A DNA stretch of 64,000 nucleotides from a virus (IMGVR_UViG_3300029288_000071:64001-128000); one strand, 5' to 3'. Counted from the first letter of the stretch, positions 45,448 through 56,716 are shown. Notes: generated by a model not told the origin, from the letters alone. Numbers and translations are program-made.

Positions 45448-47388
45448 TTACTTTAAAAATTCATTAAGTTGTTCATCATAACAGTGAATCAATTTATTCT
45501 CAATTGCTACTTTATTTAATTCTAAACTATGTTCTTTACAAATTCTTATATAGTCTTCAATTTCAATTTTATTGTTTTCTTTACACCATTTAATTAATTG
45601 TTTTATGAGCTTAAGATGATTATTGATTATATCTTTAGCTCTTTCTTTTTGTTCTTGAAGCATAACTTCAATTAATTTATTTGTAGAATCAATGTCATAA
45701 TTCCAAGCTCCTGCATCATTTGGAGTTTTAGTCGTTATTCTAGATAAATTACCGTCCATTCCTAATCTGCGAATAAAAGATGAAGCATATTCAGTAGCTT
45801 GAGCTAAATCTTGTATGCTTCCAGCAGATCTATAATTATCTCCAAAAATTGTTTCTTCTAAGATTTGCCCTGCTAAACATATACAAATATCATTTTTCAT
45901 ATATATTTTATTTGAAACTCTATCATGAAAAGCAGTAAATCCATTATTTGTTATACGTGTAGAATTTATGTTTATTTGAGTTGGAGCACATTTATATAAA
46001 ACACTATAAACAATGCTGTGCCCTAATTCATGTACTGCAACTAATATTTTTTCATCTATAGATTTTTTCTTTTTGATAGATTCAATATCAAGTTTTATAG
46101 TTCTTTTTAAATCTCCACAAATTAGCTTATCATATTCATGATCAATAACTATAGATTGTAAATCGTCTTTCATTGAATAAAATAAGAAATATGGTAGATT
46201 ATTCTCTAATATTTGAGAAATTGTAGATAATACAGGTCGTACTCCTTGAGTTGGAAACACTCCATTTTTATAGATTAAATCGTAAATAGCATCTGTAAAA
46301 CTTATATCAATTTTAGTATTTTCTTTTACTCTTTTTGAAATTTCAAAACAATGATTTTTGATGATTGTTTGATAACTAGATTTGCTTAAAGTAGGATAAA
46401 TAATATGTGTATTTCCGAATCTAGAAATCTGTTCTGGCTTAAATTGTTTCATTAAAGATTTTTTAATTTCTACTATGTTAATTTTTTTAGAAAATTCATG
46501 ATATATGTCAGCATCCATTTCAACATCTTCTACTTCACCACTCATACTGAATGCTTCATCTAAATTTCCTGATATGAAAATTAACATTTTCTGATAATTA
46601 TCACCTTCATAAGTTTCATTTTTGTCGAAACTTCTTTGAAGCAAATCTAACCTTTCATCTGGAGATAGTTGCATTATTTCTTCAATTGTTAAATTAGACT
46701 TTAACAATCTCTTAAATTGTTTTGCTTTATAATAATATGTCTGATATTTGAACTGAGGTTTTTCTTTTGGTACTTCTGAATCTTCTATTTTTTCTATATC
46801 ATTGCTATTTAAAGCTTTAGATTTTCTTTTTCTTTTTTTAGGAATAGGATCATTATTTTTATGCCATAATGTGTATTCTTTGTCATAAAGTTCTTCCATT
46901 ATTAAAGAAAATATTTCTCTTCTATTGCTAGAATTTGATTGAAATTTTCCATCAGAAAGAAGCATCCAAATGTCATTAAAATATTCATTATCTCTGATCA
47001 TGTTTCCTTCTTCATCAATAGTTCTAAATCTTTGCATTTCATCTAGCAATAAAATACAAGGCTCTTTAGAATCTACATTTGTATTTTCAATGACATCTTG
47101 AATCTTTTTAACGTGTTCTTCTTTCATGTCAAGTTGAATTTCAATGAATTTATCATTAAATTCTAAAAATTTAACAAGCTTTCTAACTAAATCAGTTTTC
47201 CCCACTCCTGTTGTACCCCATAAAGAAATTATCATAGGTCTAGATTGTAATTCAGGCATGACATACCATATTTGAATGTTATTGACAATTTCATCTATGA
47301 TATTGTCTAAACCTACAAATTCATGTTTTAGAAAAACTTTAAGTTCTTCTAATTTTTCAAGCTTTTTTTGATAATTTTCATTTATCAT
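45448..47388 (-). CDS. Soluble AAA+ ATPase fused to M41 (FtsH-type) peptidase
   Basis: GTTGVGKT, LLLDE, FKPEQISRF, GVRP; AVHELGH, CLAG..EE..FG, GS..DL..AT; no TM. Confidence 0.85.
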   Translation of the reverse strand: MINENYQKKLEKLEELKVFLKHEFVGLDNIIDEIVNNIQIWYVMPELQSRPMIISLWGTTGVGKTDLVRKLVKFLEFNDKFIEIQLDMKEEHVKKIQDVIENTNVDSKEPCILLLDEMQRFRTIDEEGNMIRDNEYFNDIWMLLSDGKFQSNSSNRREIFSLIMEELYDKEYTLWHKNNDPIPKKRKRKSKALNSNDIEKIEDSEVPKEKPQFKYQTYYYKAKQFKRLLKSNLTIEEIMQLSPDERLDLLQRSFDKNETYEGDNYQKMLIFISGNLDEAFSMSGEVEDVEMDADIYHEFSKKINIVEIKKSLMKQFKPEQISRFGNTHIIYPTLSKSSYQTIIKNHCFEISKRVKENTKIDISFTDAIYDLIYKNGVFPTQGVRPVLSTISQILENNLPYFLFYSMKDDLQSIVIDHEYDKLICGDLKRTIKLDIESIKKKKSIDEKILVAVHELGHSIVYSVLYKCAPTQININSTRITNNGFTAFHDRVSNKIYMKNDICICLAGQILEETIFGDNYRSAGSIQDLAQATEYASSFIRRLGMDGNLSRITTKTPNDAGAWNYDIDSTNKLIEVMLQEQKERAKDIINNHLKLIKQLIKWCKENNKIEIEDYIRICKEHSLELNKVAIENKLIHCYDEQLNEFLK

Positions 47389-47400
47389 TTTAATTCCTTT

Positions 47401-50400
47401 TTAAAATTGAATTTGTGAATTACCAGATGTTGTATCAATAGTAATTGTTTGATCTACAAAATCTTGTATTTCAGATACATGAGAGATTAATATTACATGT
47501 TCAAACAATATCTTCAATTGATTGATAAACTTATCAATTGAAGATATCCAATCTTTATCTAAAGTACCAAAAGATTCATCAATCATGAAAACATTACAAT
47601 GAGGGATATTTGATATTGAAGCTAGTGCAGCTCTAATTGCAATAGCTGAAATAGTTTTTTCCATTCCAGAACCTAATTCAATTGGATTTGAAGTACCATT
47701 TTCATAGATAATAGAGATTGGAATACTTTTCTTATCGTAATCTAAGCTAAATTTAATACTAAATGGGATATAATCACCAACAATTTTATGAATTTCATCA
47801 TTAATGATATCAATATAGGAAGAAACAATCATGTAAGGTAAGCCTTCTCTATGAACACATCTTTGATACAATTTGTAGTCATTACTATCTAATTCTAATT
47901 GATTCATTGTTTTGAGATCAGTTTCAGATTTAATTATATTGTTTTCTAATTCTGAAATTCTCTTGTTATGAGCTACAATGTTATAATCTACAGTATTTAC
48001 TATTTTATTTAAATTTATAATTTCAATCTCTTTTTCAGCAATGAGTTCAGAAATTTGAGCATTAGATTCTTTGATTTGTTTAATAGATTCTATAGTTTGT
48101 GCTTCTTTATTTTGTTCATCAAGAATAGCTTGAGCTTTATCTATTTGTAAAGCTAATTTTTCAATATTTAAGCTTCTAATTTTAATTTGATTTTCTAATC
48201 TCTGAATTTCTAAAATTTGATCTTTTATAATTTCTAATTCTTTATCTACATTACTGATAGGTATTATATCTAATTCAATTTTAGATTTTTTAACAATTAG
48301 CTTATTTTGTTCATTTTCAATTCTTTTCAATTCTTTTTTAAGTTTATCTGCTTCTTGAAAAAATTCACATGATTGACATGTATCAGTAGTTTCTGTCCAA
48401 GGTTGTCTCTCTAAAATTTCAACTCTAGATTTATCTTTTTTTAGTCCTAAATTAGAAACTCGAATATCAGATTCTACTTGTCGTAAATCGGTTGTTAATC
48501 TTTCTTTTTCTTTTAATTTTACTTGAAGCTCAGTTACTTTATTAGAAAGATTTAGTAATTTCATTCTTTCAATTTTTTTAGATTCTTCTTCTAATAGTTT
48601 TTCTTCACTTTGTTTTTGAACAATTAGTCCTGTATGTAAAGTTTCAATTTTTTCTTTATCAAAATTTGCAACTGCAATATCTTCTACTTCTTGAATCATT
48701 GTTTTAAGAACTGCATGTTGTATTTTGACTTGATCTAATTGAGTTATTGAATATTGTTTATCTTCTTCTAAATCAATTAAAGAATCATTAAGTTTTTCAA
48801 TTTCATCATGGTAATTTTTGATAAAAGTTGCATAGTCAATTTGTTTGAATTGTTTAAGCAATGTATCAAATTCATTTGTTAATCTATGAGCTTCATCATA
48901 TTGAAGTTTAAAAATATTAAGACCTAGAAATTTAGAAAGTAATTCAAGTCTAAAAGTTTCATCAAATCCAGATTCAAGAAAATAAGAAATCTTTCCTTGT
49001 GATGAAATATTAGAAACTACTATTTCATCAAAATTACCAATCAATTTTCTTATAATTTTATCTGTATCAGTTCTTGAATCTCCTGTTGCACTAGTCCATT
49101 TTTCATCTATATATTTTTCTAAAGTAACTTTTGTAGATGTACCATCACCAACTCTTTTTGAACTTCTAGTTATTTTATACAATACTCCATTTACTTCGAT
49201 AGTAATAAATGCTTTACAAGTATCAGCTTTATTGTTAATAATTTTTGTAATTTTTGACATTCTTGCAGATTTATTGAAAAGAACATAAAGAAATGTATCA
49301 ATAAAATTTGATTTACCACTTCTGTTTGGAGCAAATAAACCAGTAACTCCCTTAAGATTTTTGAAGTTTAAATGATTATTTTCTCCATAAGAAAAAGTAA
49401 AATCCCAATCAATTTCATGAACTTTCCAGAAATTAGGTTGCATAATTTCTTCATTTGAAATAGAATTGCGGATTTTATTATTAATTTTAAGAATGCGCTC
49501 TATTGTAATTGAATCAGTTTTGTCTAAAAATTTTGTAATTAAATCATTTTGAACAGTAATATCAGCAGTTGACTTGATTTTTTGAAATTGAAAAGCAGAT
49601 TCTTTTTTAGTTTGTTCATAATCTCTCTTAACTTCGAGAGCAATTGGATTATATTTTTGCCTTAATTCAAGTTCAATTTGTTTAATTTCAGAAACAGTAT
49701 ATGTAAAATTAGATAAAGTAAGACGGATAGAAGAATTTTTTGCAGGATTGTCAATAATAGGCATATTCTGCTTATCTACTTTGTAAGCAACTTTTAAATT
49801 ATAAAAAGCATTATCATTAGGAATTTGAACAAATTTTGGTTTTGAAGATAAACTATCTGTATTCCAAAGCAAATATCCTTTTTGTAGTCCTTCTGAATAA
49901 TCTTGCTGAATAAGAGATCCACAATACCAAACATTCATTTTTCCTATTTGTTGTAATCTATGAATATCACCTAAAAATGCTGCATCATAATTTTTAAACA
50001 TAATAGATGCATCATATCCAGTATCTTTAAATGTAAAGTTTGTTTCAGAAACTGAACCTGAGATATTCCCATGAAATAAAGCTATAAATTTTCCTTTTTT
50101 AGTATTGAATGTAGGTTTTGAAGTAACAACATCCATTATATCATAATTTATCGGAAAATTTGGTTCATCTAAACATGAAAAAACTCCATAAACTACATCA
50201 TCAGAAATAGGATATAATCCTGATTGATCATATACAATAATTTGATACTTTGAATCAGTGATATTATTAACTATTGGTGTTATAGAATCTAATCTTTCAT
50301 TATTTTTGAGATTTACATCATGATTTCCAATGATTACATCAAGAGGAGCAATATTAGCTAAATTTCTAAAAAAATCAGAACCTAAATCTACTGCTTCAGG

Positions 50401-50559
50401 AGATAGAATACTCTTACTATGAAAAATATCTCCCACTAAAACAATTCTATCTACTTTTTGTTCTTTTAATGATTGATATAGTTTTTCAAAAATTATTCTA
50501 TATTCTTCATGTCTCTTATATAGCAAAATATGAATATCTGCTAAATGTGCTATTATCAT
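47401..50559 (-). CDS. SbcD-SbcC (Mre11-Rad50, gp47-gp46) fusion
   Basis: HLADIH, GD, GNHD, GDIH; APNRSGKS, CQSC hook, GSGME, MIDESFGTLD. Confidence 0.9.
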   Translation of the reverse strand: MIIAHLADIHILLYKRHEEYRIIFEKLYQSLKEQKVDRIVLVGDIFHSKSILSPEAVDLGSDFFRNLANIAPLDVIIGNHDVNLKNNERLDSITPIVNNITDSKYQIIVYDQSGLYPISDDVVYGVFSCLDEPNFPINYDIMDVVTSKPTFNTKKGKFIALFHGNISGSVSETNFTFKDTGYDASIMFKNYDAAFLGDIHRLQQIGKMNVWYCGSLIQQDYSEGLQKGYLLWNTDSLSSKPKFVQIPNDNAFYNLKVAYKVDKQNMPIIDNPAKNSSIRLTLSNFTYTVSEIKQIELELRQKYNPIALEVKRDYEQTKKESAFQFQKIKSTADITVQNDLITKFLDKTDSITIERILKINNKIRNSISNEEIMQPNFWKVHEIDWDFTFSYGENNHLNFKNLKGVTGLFAPNRSGKSNFIDTFLYVLFNKSARMSKITKIINNKADTCKAFITIEVNGVLYKITRSSKRVGDGTSTKVTLEKYIDEKWTSATGDSRTDTDKIIRKLIGNFDEIVVSNISSQGKISYFLESGFDETFRLELLSKFLGLNIFKLQYDEAHRLTNEFDTLLKQFKQIDYATFIKNYHDEIEKLNDSLIDLEEDKQYSITQLDQVKIQHAVLKTMIQEVEDIAVANFDKEKIETLHTGLIVQKQSEEKLLEEESKKIERMKLLNLSNKVTELQVKLKEKERLTTDLRQVESDIRVSNLGLKKDKSRVEILERQPWTETTDTCQSCEFFQEADKLKKELKRIENEQNKLIVKKSKIELDIIPISNVDKELEIIKDQILEIQRLENQIKIRSLNIEKLALQIDKAQAILDEQNKEAQTIESIKQIKESNAQISELIAEKEIEIINLNKIVNTVDYNIVAHNKRISELENNIIKSETDLKTMNQLELDSNDYKLYQRCVHREGLPYMIVSSYIDIINDEIHKIVGDYIPFSIKFSLDYDKKSIPISIIYENGTSNPIELGSGMEKTISAIAIRAALASISNIPHCNVFMIDESFGTLDKDWISSIDKFINQLKILFEHVILISHVSEIQDFVDQTITIDTTSGNSQIQF

Positions 50560-50981
50560 TTATATCCCATTCTTTCCATTATTTTTGATAATTTTTCTTT
50601 CATTTCTTTTTGACTCATTATATCTGCATCTAATAATTGTTTAAATATTTCTTCAAAAACTTCAGTTACTATTTCTTCTTTTAATTCAGCTTTAATTTCA
50701 GCTTTAATATTACGTTTAAAAAATTCTTCTTCATGTACATTAGGATGATTTAAACCAGTAGGTCCAGTAGATATACCATAAGTAGATGCACCAATATTTG
50801 AAGAAAAAGATTGTATCCCACTTGTTGAAGGAGGAAGTAGCACATTTGGTACATTAGCACAAGAACTGCTATATGATATTAATGAATTTGATTTACCGTA
50901 TGAATTGATATATGATTTTAAGTCATCAAGCTCTTCTGATTCTTTTTCTTTAATATTAAATAATTTTTTAAATATATTCAT
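50556..50981 (-). CDS. Low-complexity protein with IMERMGY module
   Basis: Ends LSKIMERMGYK. Confidence 0.55.
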   Translation of the reverse strand: MNIFKKLFNIKEKESEELDDLKSYINSYGKSNSLISYSSSCANVPNVLLPPSTSGIQSFSSNIGASTYGISTGPTGLNHPNVHEEEFFKRNIKAEIKAELKEEIVTEVFEEIFKQLLDADIMSQKEMKEKLSKIMERMGYK

Positions 50982-51919
50982 TCTAATATCCTCCTTAGAA
51001 CATCAGATTGCGTAAATCTCTTTCTATTCTTAAGCGCTTGAAAAAATTCTTTTTGAGTTAATTCTCCGGGATCTTTTTTATTGTATTCAATGATAAAAGT
51101 ATTTATTCCCCAATCAGTCAATAGCTTTCCTGCAGTAATAGTTCCTTGTTGACCTGGTTTATCATTATCTAACATTAAATAAACATTTGGTTTATAATTC
51201 ATGATCTTTTTGAATAGCTCACTGTCACTTGCTAAAGCTGATCCCAAAAGAGGTATAGAATTTTGTTTAATATTTATTGCATCAAAAGGACCTTCTACTA
51301 AAATTATAGGTCTATCCCATGTAATGAATAATTCATTGAAAATTATATCTTTTTTTGTAGTTTGAGTATGAACATATTTCATAATATCAGGAGAATTATA
51401 AATTGATCTTGCAACAAAAAAATCAACTCTACCTTTTGAATTATAGCTAGGAACAATTACTCTATCTCTGTATTTTCCTTCTTCACAATAATGAATATTA
51501 AAAGTTCTAATAGTTCTATAGTTTATACCTCTAGAATTAAGAAATGCTATTGATTTTTGTGCTATAACAGAAGGAATACAATTTCTTAATATTTGTGCAC
51601 CCAAAGGAAGTTTAATAGTTTCTTTAAATACAACTTCATTTTTATCTGCAAGTAAACTTCTTAAATCAGTTTCAAATTCAACACCAGATTCTAATCTATT
51701 CCATTCTTTCCAAGCAGCTTCTCCAGCATAAGATCTAATTAATTTTGATACATACCCACCATAATTGCAAATCCAACAATGAAATAGCTTTTTTTCTAAA
51801 CTAATTACAAGCTTTCTTTTATGATGTTGGCACTGAGGACAGAAAATAGTAAATTCTTTTGAATTTGATACATTATCTGGGAATATTTTGTGAAGTAGTT
51901 CAATTTGTTGTTGATTCAT
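50978..51919 (-). CDS. DNA primase (Zn finger plus Toprim)
   Basis: CPQC...HCWIC; RVIVP; VEGPFDA; LDND..G. Confidence 0.9.
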   Translation of the reverse strand: MNQQQIELLHKIFPDNVSNSKEFTIFCPQCQHHKRKLVISLEKKLFHCWICNYGGYVSKLIRSYAGEAAWKEWNRLESGVEFETDLRSLLADKNEVVFKETIKLPLGAQILRNCIPSVIAQKSIAFLNSRGINYRTIRTFNIHYCEEGKYRDRVIVPSYNSKGRVDFFVARSIYNSPDIMKYVHTQTTKKDIIFNELFITWDRPIILVEGPFDAINIKQNSIPLLGSALASDSELFKKIMNYKPNVYLMLDNDKPGQQGTITAGKLLTDWGINTFIIEYNKKDPGELTQKEFFQALKNRKRFTQSDVLRRILE

Positions 51920-52439
51920 TTTTCACGCCATATAGGGCAATGATATACGAGTCCGCCATATCATAACATTCAGGAATTATTTTTCCTTTATTTCTACCTT
52001 TATTTTTTAAGGGCCAAGTGAAGAGCTTACAATTAGAATTTATCCACTTGAAAACTTCTTCTTTTGCATTTACTCCTTTAGGATAACGACCTATTCCTAT
52101 AATTGATTTTCTAGCAGATGATGCCATTATTTCTATAGGAAAAGTATTAAATTTTTTACATAGTGTAAATAAAAAAGCACCATTAAAACGCAATATTGTG
52201 CTAAGTACTTGTGCAGAAGATAATCCTTTACTAAACATCATGTTAGGTTGTTCAGCATAAATTTTATCAACTGTAAAGTCTTTAAGTTTTTTATCGAATT
52301 GTTCAATTGCAGAGTTAAGTTTTTCAAATAAAGTATCACCAACTGGTTTAATATAATCAATTAAAATTAAGTTTTTGTTTTCATCTAAAATAGTTAAGCC
52401 TACAGTAGAAGTACTTATGTCAAGCCCTAAAATATTCAA
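51900..52439 (-). CDS. RuvC-like Holliday junction resolvase
   Basis: ILGLDISTSTVG, YAE, DMADS. Confidence 0.85.
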   Translation of the reverse strand: MNILGLDISTSTVGLTILDENKNLILIDYIKPVGDTLFEKLNSAIEQFDKKLKDFTVDKIYAEQPNMMFSKGLSSAQVLSTILRFNGAFLFTLCKKFNTFPIEIMASSARKSIIGIGRYPKGVNAKEEVFKWINSNCKLFTWPLKNKGRNKGKIIPECYDMADSYIIALYGVKNESTTN

Positions 52440-52852
52440 ACTTCGTATCCGATTTTCTTCATTAGCTTAGTGATTTCATCTATTGATCCAAATATTTGTT
52501 GTTCAAATTGTATAATTCGTTTAATTTGTATAGAATGATGTGGAGATGTGCAATAATAAGCTGTTTTTAATAAAGGAACATCAACATCTGAAAAATCAAA
52601 TTCATCAAAAAAATATTTGTTATTTTGTTTTGACCGAACGATGTGATCATTACTATGTAATTGATTGTAAGTTATTATTTGAATTTTTTTGGGATCTGAA
52701 CAATCATATTTCTTTTTTATTAAATCTCGCATGCTATAACTTGGAACAACAATAGTGGCTGTTCCATTTCCTGATAAAACCCATTGATGAACAGCTTGCA
52801 TCATACGGTGAGTTTTTCCACTTTGTCTTGGAGAGATATCAAGTTCCATCAT
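52436..52852 (-). CDS. Mini terminase-ATPase-like protein with LMKKIGY module
   Basis: SPRQSGKT Walker A, FFDE Walker B, CTSP; EITKLMKKIGY. Confidence 0.7.
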   Translation of the reverse strand: MMELDISPRQSGKTHRMMQAVHQWVLSGNGTATIVVPSYSMRDLIKKKYDCSDPKKIQIITYNQLHSNDHIVRSKQNNKYFFDEFDFSDVDVPLLKTAYYCTSPHHSIQIKRIIQFEQQIFGSIDEITKLMKKIGYEV

Positions 52853-52853
52853 T

Positions 52854-53327
52854 TTATAATTCAGTTTCTAATTCTATTCCATTTTCATTAATATTTTTTT
52901 CAACTTTAACTTTAATAGGTTCAATTTTTTCAGGTATCTCAGCTATACTTAATTCAGAAAGTGAATCTGATTTTACCTTTCTAATGAAAGGTGATTTTGT
53001 TATTAAATCTAATTCAGCAAGAATTTTTGTATAATCAGTTTTAGTTTGTTTTTCTTTTGGATCTTTATTAGCTTCATCTTCAGTTTGTCGTAATTTTTGC
53101 ATTACTTGAGCTAATTTTACTAAAATATCAGCTTGTCTACTAGCTTGCTCAAGCCAACGGTCTGCCATTTGAGAAAGAACTACTAAATCTCCTTTATTAC
53201 TCAGCATTGCAGTTTCCATGTGTTGGTACAGTTTATTTGCTTTATTGCGATTCTCTTCAGTTTCATCCATGATTCTTTGGATTAACTTAATAATATCTTC
53301 TTTTTCGTATCCTGTGATATTTGTCAT
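52854..53327 (-). CDS. Helical hypothetical protein
   Basis: 157-aa coiled-coil ORF. Confidence 0.55.
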   Translation of the reverse strand: MTNITGYEKEDIIKLIQRIMDETEENRNKANKLYQHMETAMLSNKGDLVVLSQMADRWLEQASRQADILVKLAQVMQKLRQTEDEANKDPKEKQTKTDYTKILAELDLITKSPFIRKVKSDSLSELSIAEIPEKIEPIKVKVEKNINENGIELETEL

Positions 53328-53687
53328 TAAGATATTTTTCTATTATAAATTAAAGGTCTTGAAATTCCTAAAATTTCTTGTGGTTGTTCAGCAGGTTTTT
53401 CATCAGGTATAATTTGCAATTCTGAATGTTTTTTAACAAGTTCTTCTATTCCATTCCTTACTGCTTTAGTGTTTTCAACAAACTGGAAAATTGTATCATC
53501 ATAATAATGAATATTTTGTTCAAATAAACTATTAATTTGTTGATGAAAATCCCACATTAAATGATAACTTTCAAGTAGATCATCTTGTAGCACATCTTGT
53601 TGTTGACTCATTTTATATAAAAGGAATGTAGCTATTCCTAATAAAATAATTAAAAAAGCTATAACTAACCATAAAATTATCATAACA

Positions 53688-54257
53688 TTACTCTATATGT
53701 GTAAAATAGTCTGCTGTATGTAAGAAAAACATTAGCTTATTTCTAGATTCTTTATGTACTTTGTTTTCTTCTAAGAACATTCCATCGTGCCCTAAAATTG
53801 CTAAATATTCATCATCAGTTAGACTAACTTCAAAATGTGTTAAAATTCTAATACTTCTTTGAGCATGACTTAATCCGTCTGGAAGTTTTGCATTATAATC
53901 AAAGAGCTGCCCTTTTTCAATTTTCCATCTTTCTTGAGTTTGAGTATAAAGCAATTCTCCTTTAATTGTTCCAATTTTTCCTAAGTCATGAAATAAACCG
54001 CAAATTAATCTAGATTCTTTAGAAGTTTCAGGTGCCCAAAGATCACAAAGTAAATTTAAGTTCTTTGTAACAGCAAGACTATGATGCAAAAGTCCGCCGG
54101 GGGCACAATCATGTAGTCCAATTCTGTAGCTTCCTGGAGCTGTAAAATATCTATCTCCTATAACACTTATCATATTATTAATTTTTGTCTTATTGGGTTC
54201 AGTAAATGAATCCATTGCTTTTTCAAATAATTTAATTTCTTCTTCAGTTTTGTTCAT
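53688..54257 (-). CDS. HD-domain hydrolase (YhaM-like)
   Basis: APGS...H..PGGLLHHS, FHDLGK, H, HDG, AD. Confidence 0.85.
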   Translation of the reverse strand: MNKTEEEIKLFEKAMDSFTEPNKTKINNMISVIGDRYFTAPGSYRIGLHDCAPGGLLHHSLAVTKNLNLLCDLWAPETSKESRLICGLFHDLGKIGTIKGELLYTQTQERWKIEKGQLFDYNAKLPDGLSHAQRSIRILTHFEVSLTDDEYLAILGHDGMFLEENKVHKESRNKLMFFLHTADYFTHIE

Positions 54258-54460
54258 TATTATTTTTCCAAATTCTAGCGGTTCTACACAAAAAAGCAAT
54301 GATAACAAGCATAACAAGTTGTATCAAGGCTAGGAAGAAACCTGCATTAAATAAAGTGATTAAAAAGTTTCCTAAAAATATTAAAGCTAATAAAACTGCT
54401 TGTCCATTGAATTTGTATTGATCAATAACAGCTTTTATTTGTTGAAAATTCATATTGCTC

Positions 54461-54991
54461 CTATTTAAGTTTTTTCAAATCTGAAGGATGTCTTGTAACT
54501 GTTGACCCATCAGACATCTTAACTACATATTGTAGTCCAGGTACTTTTCTACCTAAAACTGTTCCTTCTTTCCAAGCAAGTTTACCCTTTACTATAGAAA
54601 CAAACCGGACTCGCTCACCTTTTGTGAAAGATGAATATTTTCCAGAAGGAATTTCTATCTTTTGAGAATAAGTCCAGAGAGCAGAAGATATTTTTGTTAC
54701 ACTTTTTATATTTACAGATTTGTAAGTTCGGTAAGAATCAGTTTGCAGTCTATTTCTAACATAAGATGAATAAAAATTTTGTGCAGTAATTTTGCCAGGT
54801 CTTAATTGTCCGTAAAGCAGTTTTTTCAGTGTAAAAAAGAAATAAGCTTTTTCTTGAGGAGTTTGATAGTTTTGGTTTAATCCATGTACTAAATTTCCTA
54901 CTTTTGCAAGAAAAAATATCTTTGGGTGTTTATCATGAACATTAGGGGCAGAATAATCAAATTCTATTGTGTCTCCTAATTGTACTTTCAA
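54461..54991 (-). CDS. Possible DNA end-protector (gp2)-like protein
   Basis: F.Y....HD..P......HGLN.NY...SYRTY. Confidence 0.45.
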   Translation of the reverse strand: MKVQLGDTIEFDYSAPNVHDKHPKIFFLAKVGNLVHGLNQNYQTPQEKAYFFFTLKKLLYGQLRPGKITAQNFYSSYVRNRLQTDSYRTYKSVNIKSVTKISSALWTYSQKIEIPSGKYSSFTKGERVRFVSIVKGKLAWKEGTVLGRKVPGLQYVVKMSDGSTVTRHPSDLKKLK

Positions 54992-55002
54992 TTCTTTGCT
55001 AT

Positions 55003-55037
55003 AAAAAATGAACCCGGCAAAATCTCTACCGGGTTCA
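55003..55037 (-). terminator. Intrinsic terminator
   Basis: TGAACCCGG/CCGGGTTCA hairpin followed by a T run. Confidence 0.75.
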
Positions 55038-56104
55038 AAGTGAATTATTTATTGAACTTCTTTTTCTACATCTTCTATTAAAATCATAGTATGAGAAGCT
55101 GGAAAGACTGCAAGTAATTCTTTCCCTTTTGTAACTGTCCAAGAATTATTCTCAGATTTTATTTGATGCGTATCTAAATCGTATCTATAGTGACGTAATC
55201 CAGTTGTTCTTGATTCGTTAGAATTTTTTCCTTGTTTTGTAAGTTCGAATCCTGTTACCAAAATATGATATTGTTTCATTTTTCATTTTCGTGTTTGGAA
55301 GTTTTTTATGTGTCATTTAATCGAAAACCAATTAGTTTAAATAAATAGCATTTTGTGTTATTGCTTTTAATAATTCAAATCTCTGTATATAATTCATTCT
55401 TTTTAACAAAAATAATTCTTGTAAATCTTTTAATTTATCACTATAATAAGAAGAATCAATAAATAATTCTTTATTTGTAATTTCTGTACATTCTTTTAAT
55501 ATTTCATTTAATTCAACTTTATCAGCTATAAATGAAGAAAAATGTGCATTAAATTCTGCACTTAAAGTATTTTGTAAGATAATATTTGGTTTAAAATGAT
55601 ACATTTTTTCTATTTGGTTTTATCGTTATAAAATCTTCTGTTTTAAATGGTTGTATTTTTGCTATTTCAGGACAAATTAATTTATAAAATTCTTTAATAG
55701 AAGCATCGTTATCAGTTTGAATGAAATTTAAATCAACTCCTAAAGAACAAGTTTGTTTTGAGTCTAGTTTTACAGAACTTAAGTCATGTTCATATGTAAA
55801 TCTAGAACCCTCATAAAACCAGTTTGTTAATTGTATCTCTTTACAGTTTTTGTCAATTGCAAATAATGATAATTTCTTTCTCAATAATTTCTTAAATTCT
55901 TCACATGATATAGCACCCTTAACTGGTATTAGAGAAAAACTTACATTTAAAATCAGTTGAAGAGGCTTAAGTTTTGATTCATACATTCCTTTTATTTTTA
56001 CATTATCAAAAGTTTCAGTTTTCAGATTTTTGAATTCCATAACATAACTCCTTTGCTATGCAAGTATTCAATCGTGGATTAGGTAAAACAAAAAATTAAA
56101 TTAC

Positions 56105-56716
56105 TTAAACATTAAAAACTCTCTTCCAAGGAAATTGCAAATGAACATCTGACTTATCAAATCTGACATTGCAATGAGTAATCACTCCTTTAAATTTCAA
56201 TAAATCTGTGTCAAATCTATTTTGATCATGTACTGTACATTTATTTGGTATTGAAAAATCTTTACATAACTTATCAAGTAAAAAAATCAAAGAGTCAATT
56301 TGTTTTTCTTCATAAGCATCAAAATATCTATATCCACGCCATTCATATCCTAAGTCAACATAAGTATCTCTAAAGACTTGTCTTCCATCAAAAGCATAAA
56401 ATTTTCCATCAGCTTTTTTTATTAATCCACCTTCAGAAGCAAGTTCTATTCCTATAGAGTTTTGATTCATTATTTTATTATTTGCTGTTTTAAGTCCAAG
56501 ATGATGGCACCAATATTTTGGATCAAAAACTTCAAAAATTGTACCATCTCTATCTATTATATAAGCTGTACCAATTCTTTGTGGATCTTGAAGCCACCAG
56601 TTGAAAGTAGAAAGTGCTGAACCTCCAACTGTGTGATGTAAAACTATTTGATTCTTTGGGTAACTTTGTTTATAATATTGATCATCTGGTAATCGTAAAG
56701 TTTTATTTATATCCGT
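56105..56716 (-). CDS. N-acetylmuramoyl-L-alanine amidase (Amidase_2), non-ATG start
   Basis: Frame extends 82 codons beyond the ORF-track start: IVLHHTVG, AYIIDRDG, SIGIEL, H...KSD; only ACG or ATA available. Confidence 0.8.
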   Translation of the reverse strand, partial: TDINKTLRLPDDQYYKQSYPKNQIVLHHTVGGSALSTFNWWLQDPQRIGTAYIIDRDGTIFEVFDPKYWCHHLGLKTANNKIMNQNSIGIELASEGGLIKKADGKFYAFDGRQVFRDTYVDLGYEWRGYRYFDAYEEKQIDSLIFLLDKLCKDFSIPNKCTVHDQNRFDTDLLKFKGVITHCNVRFDKSDVHLQFPWKRVFNV

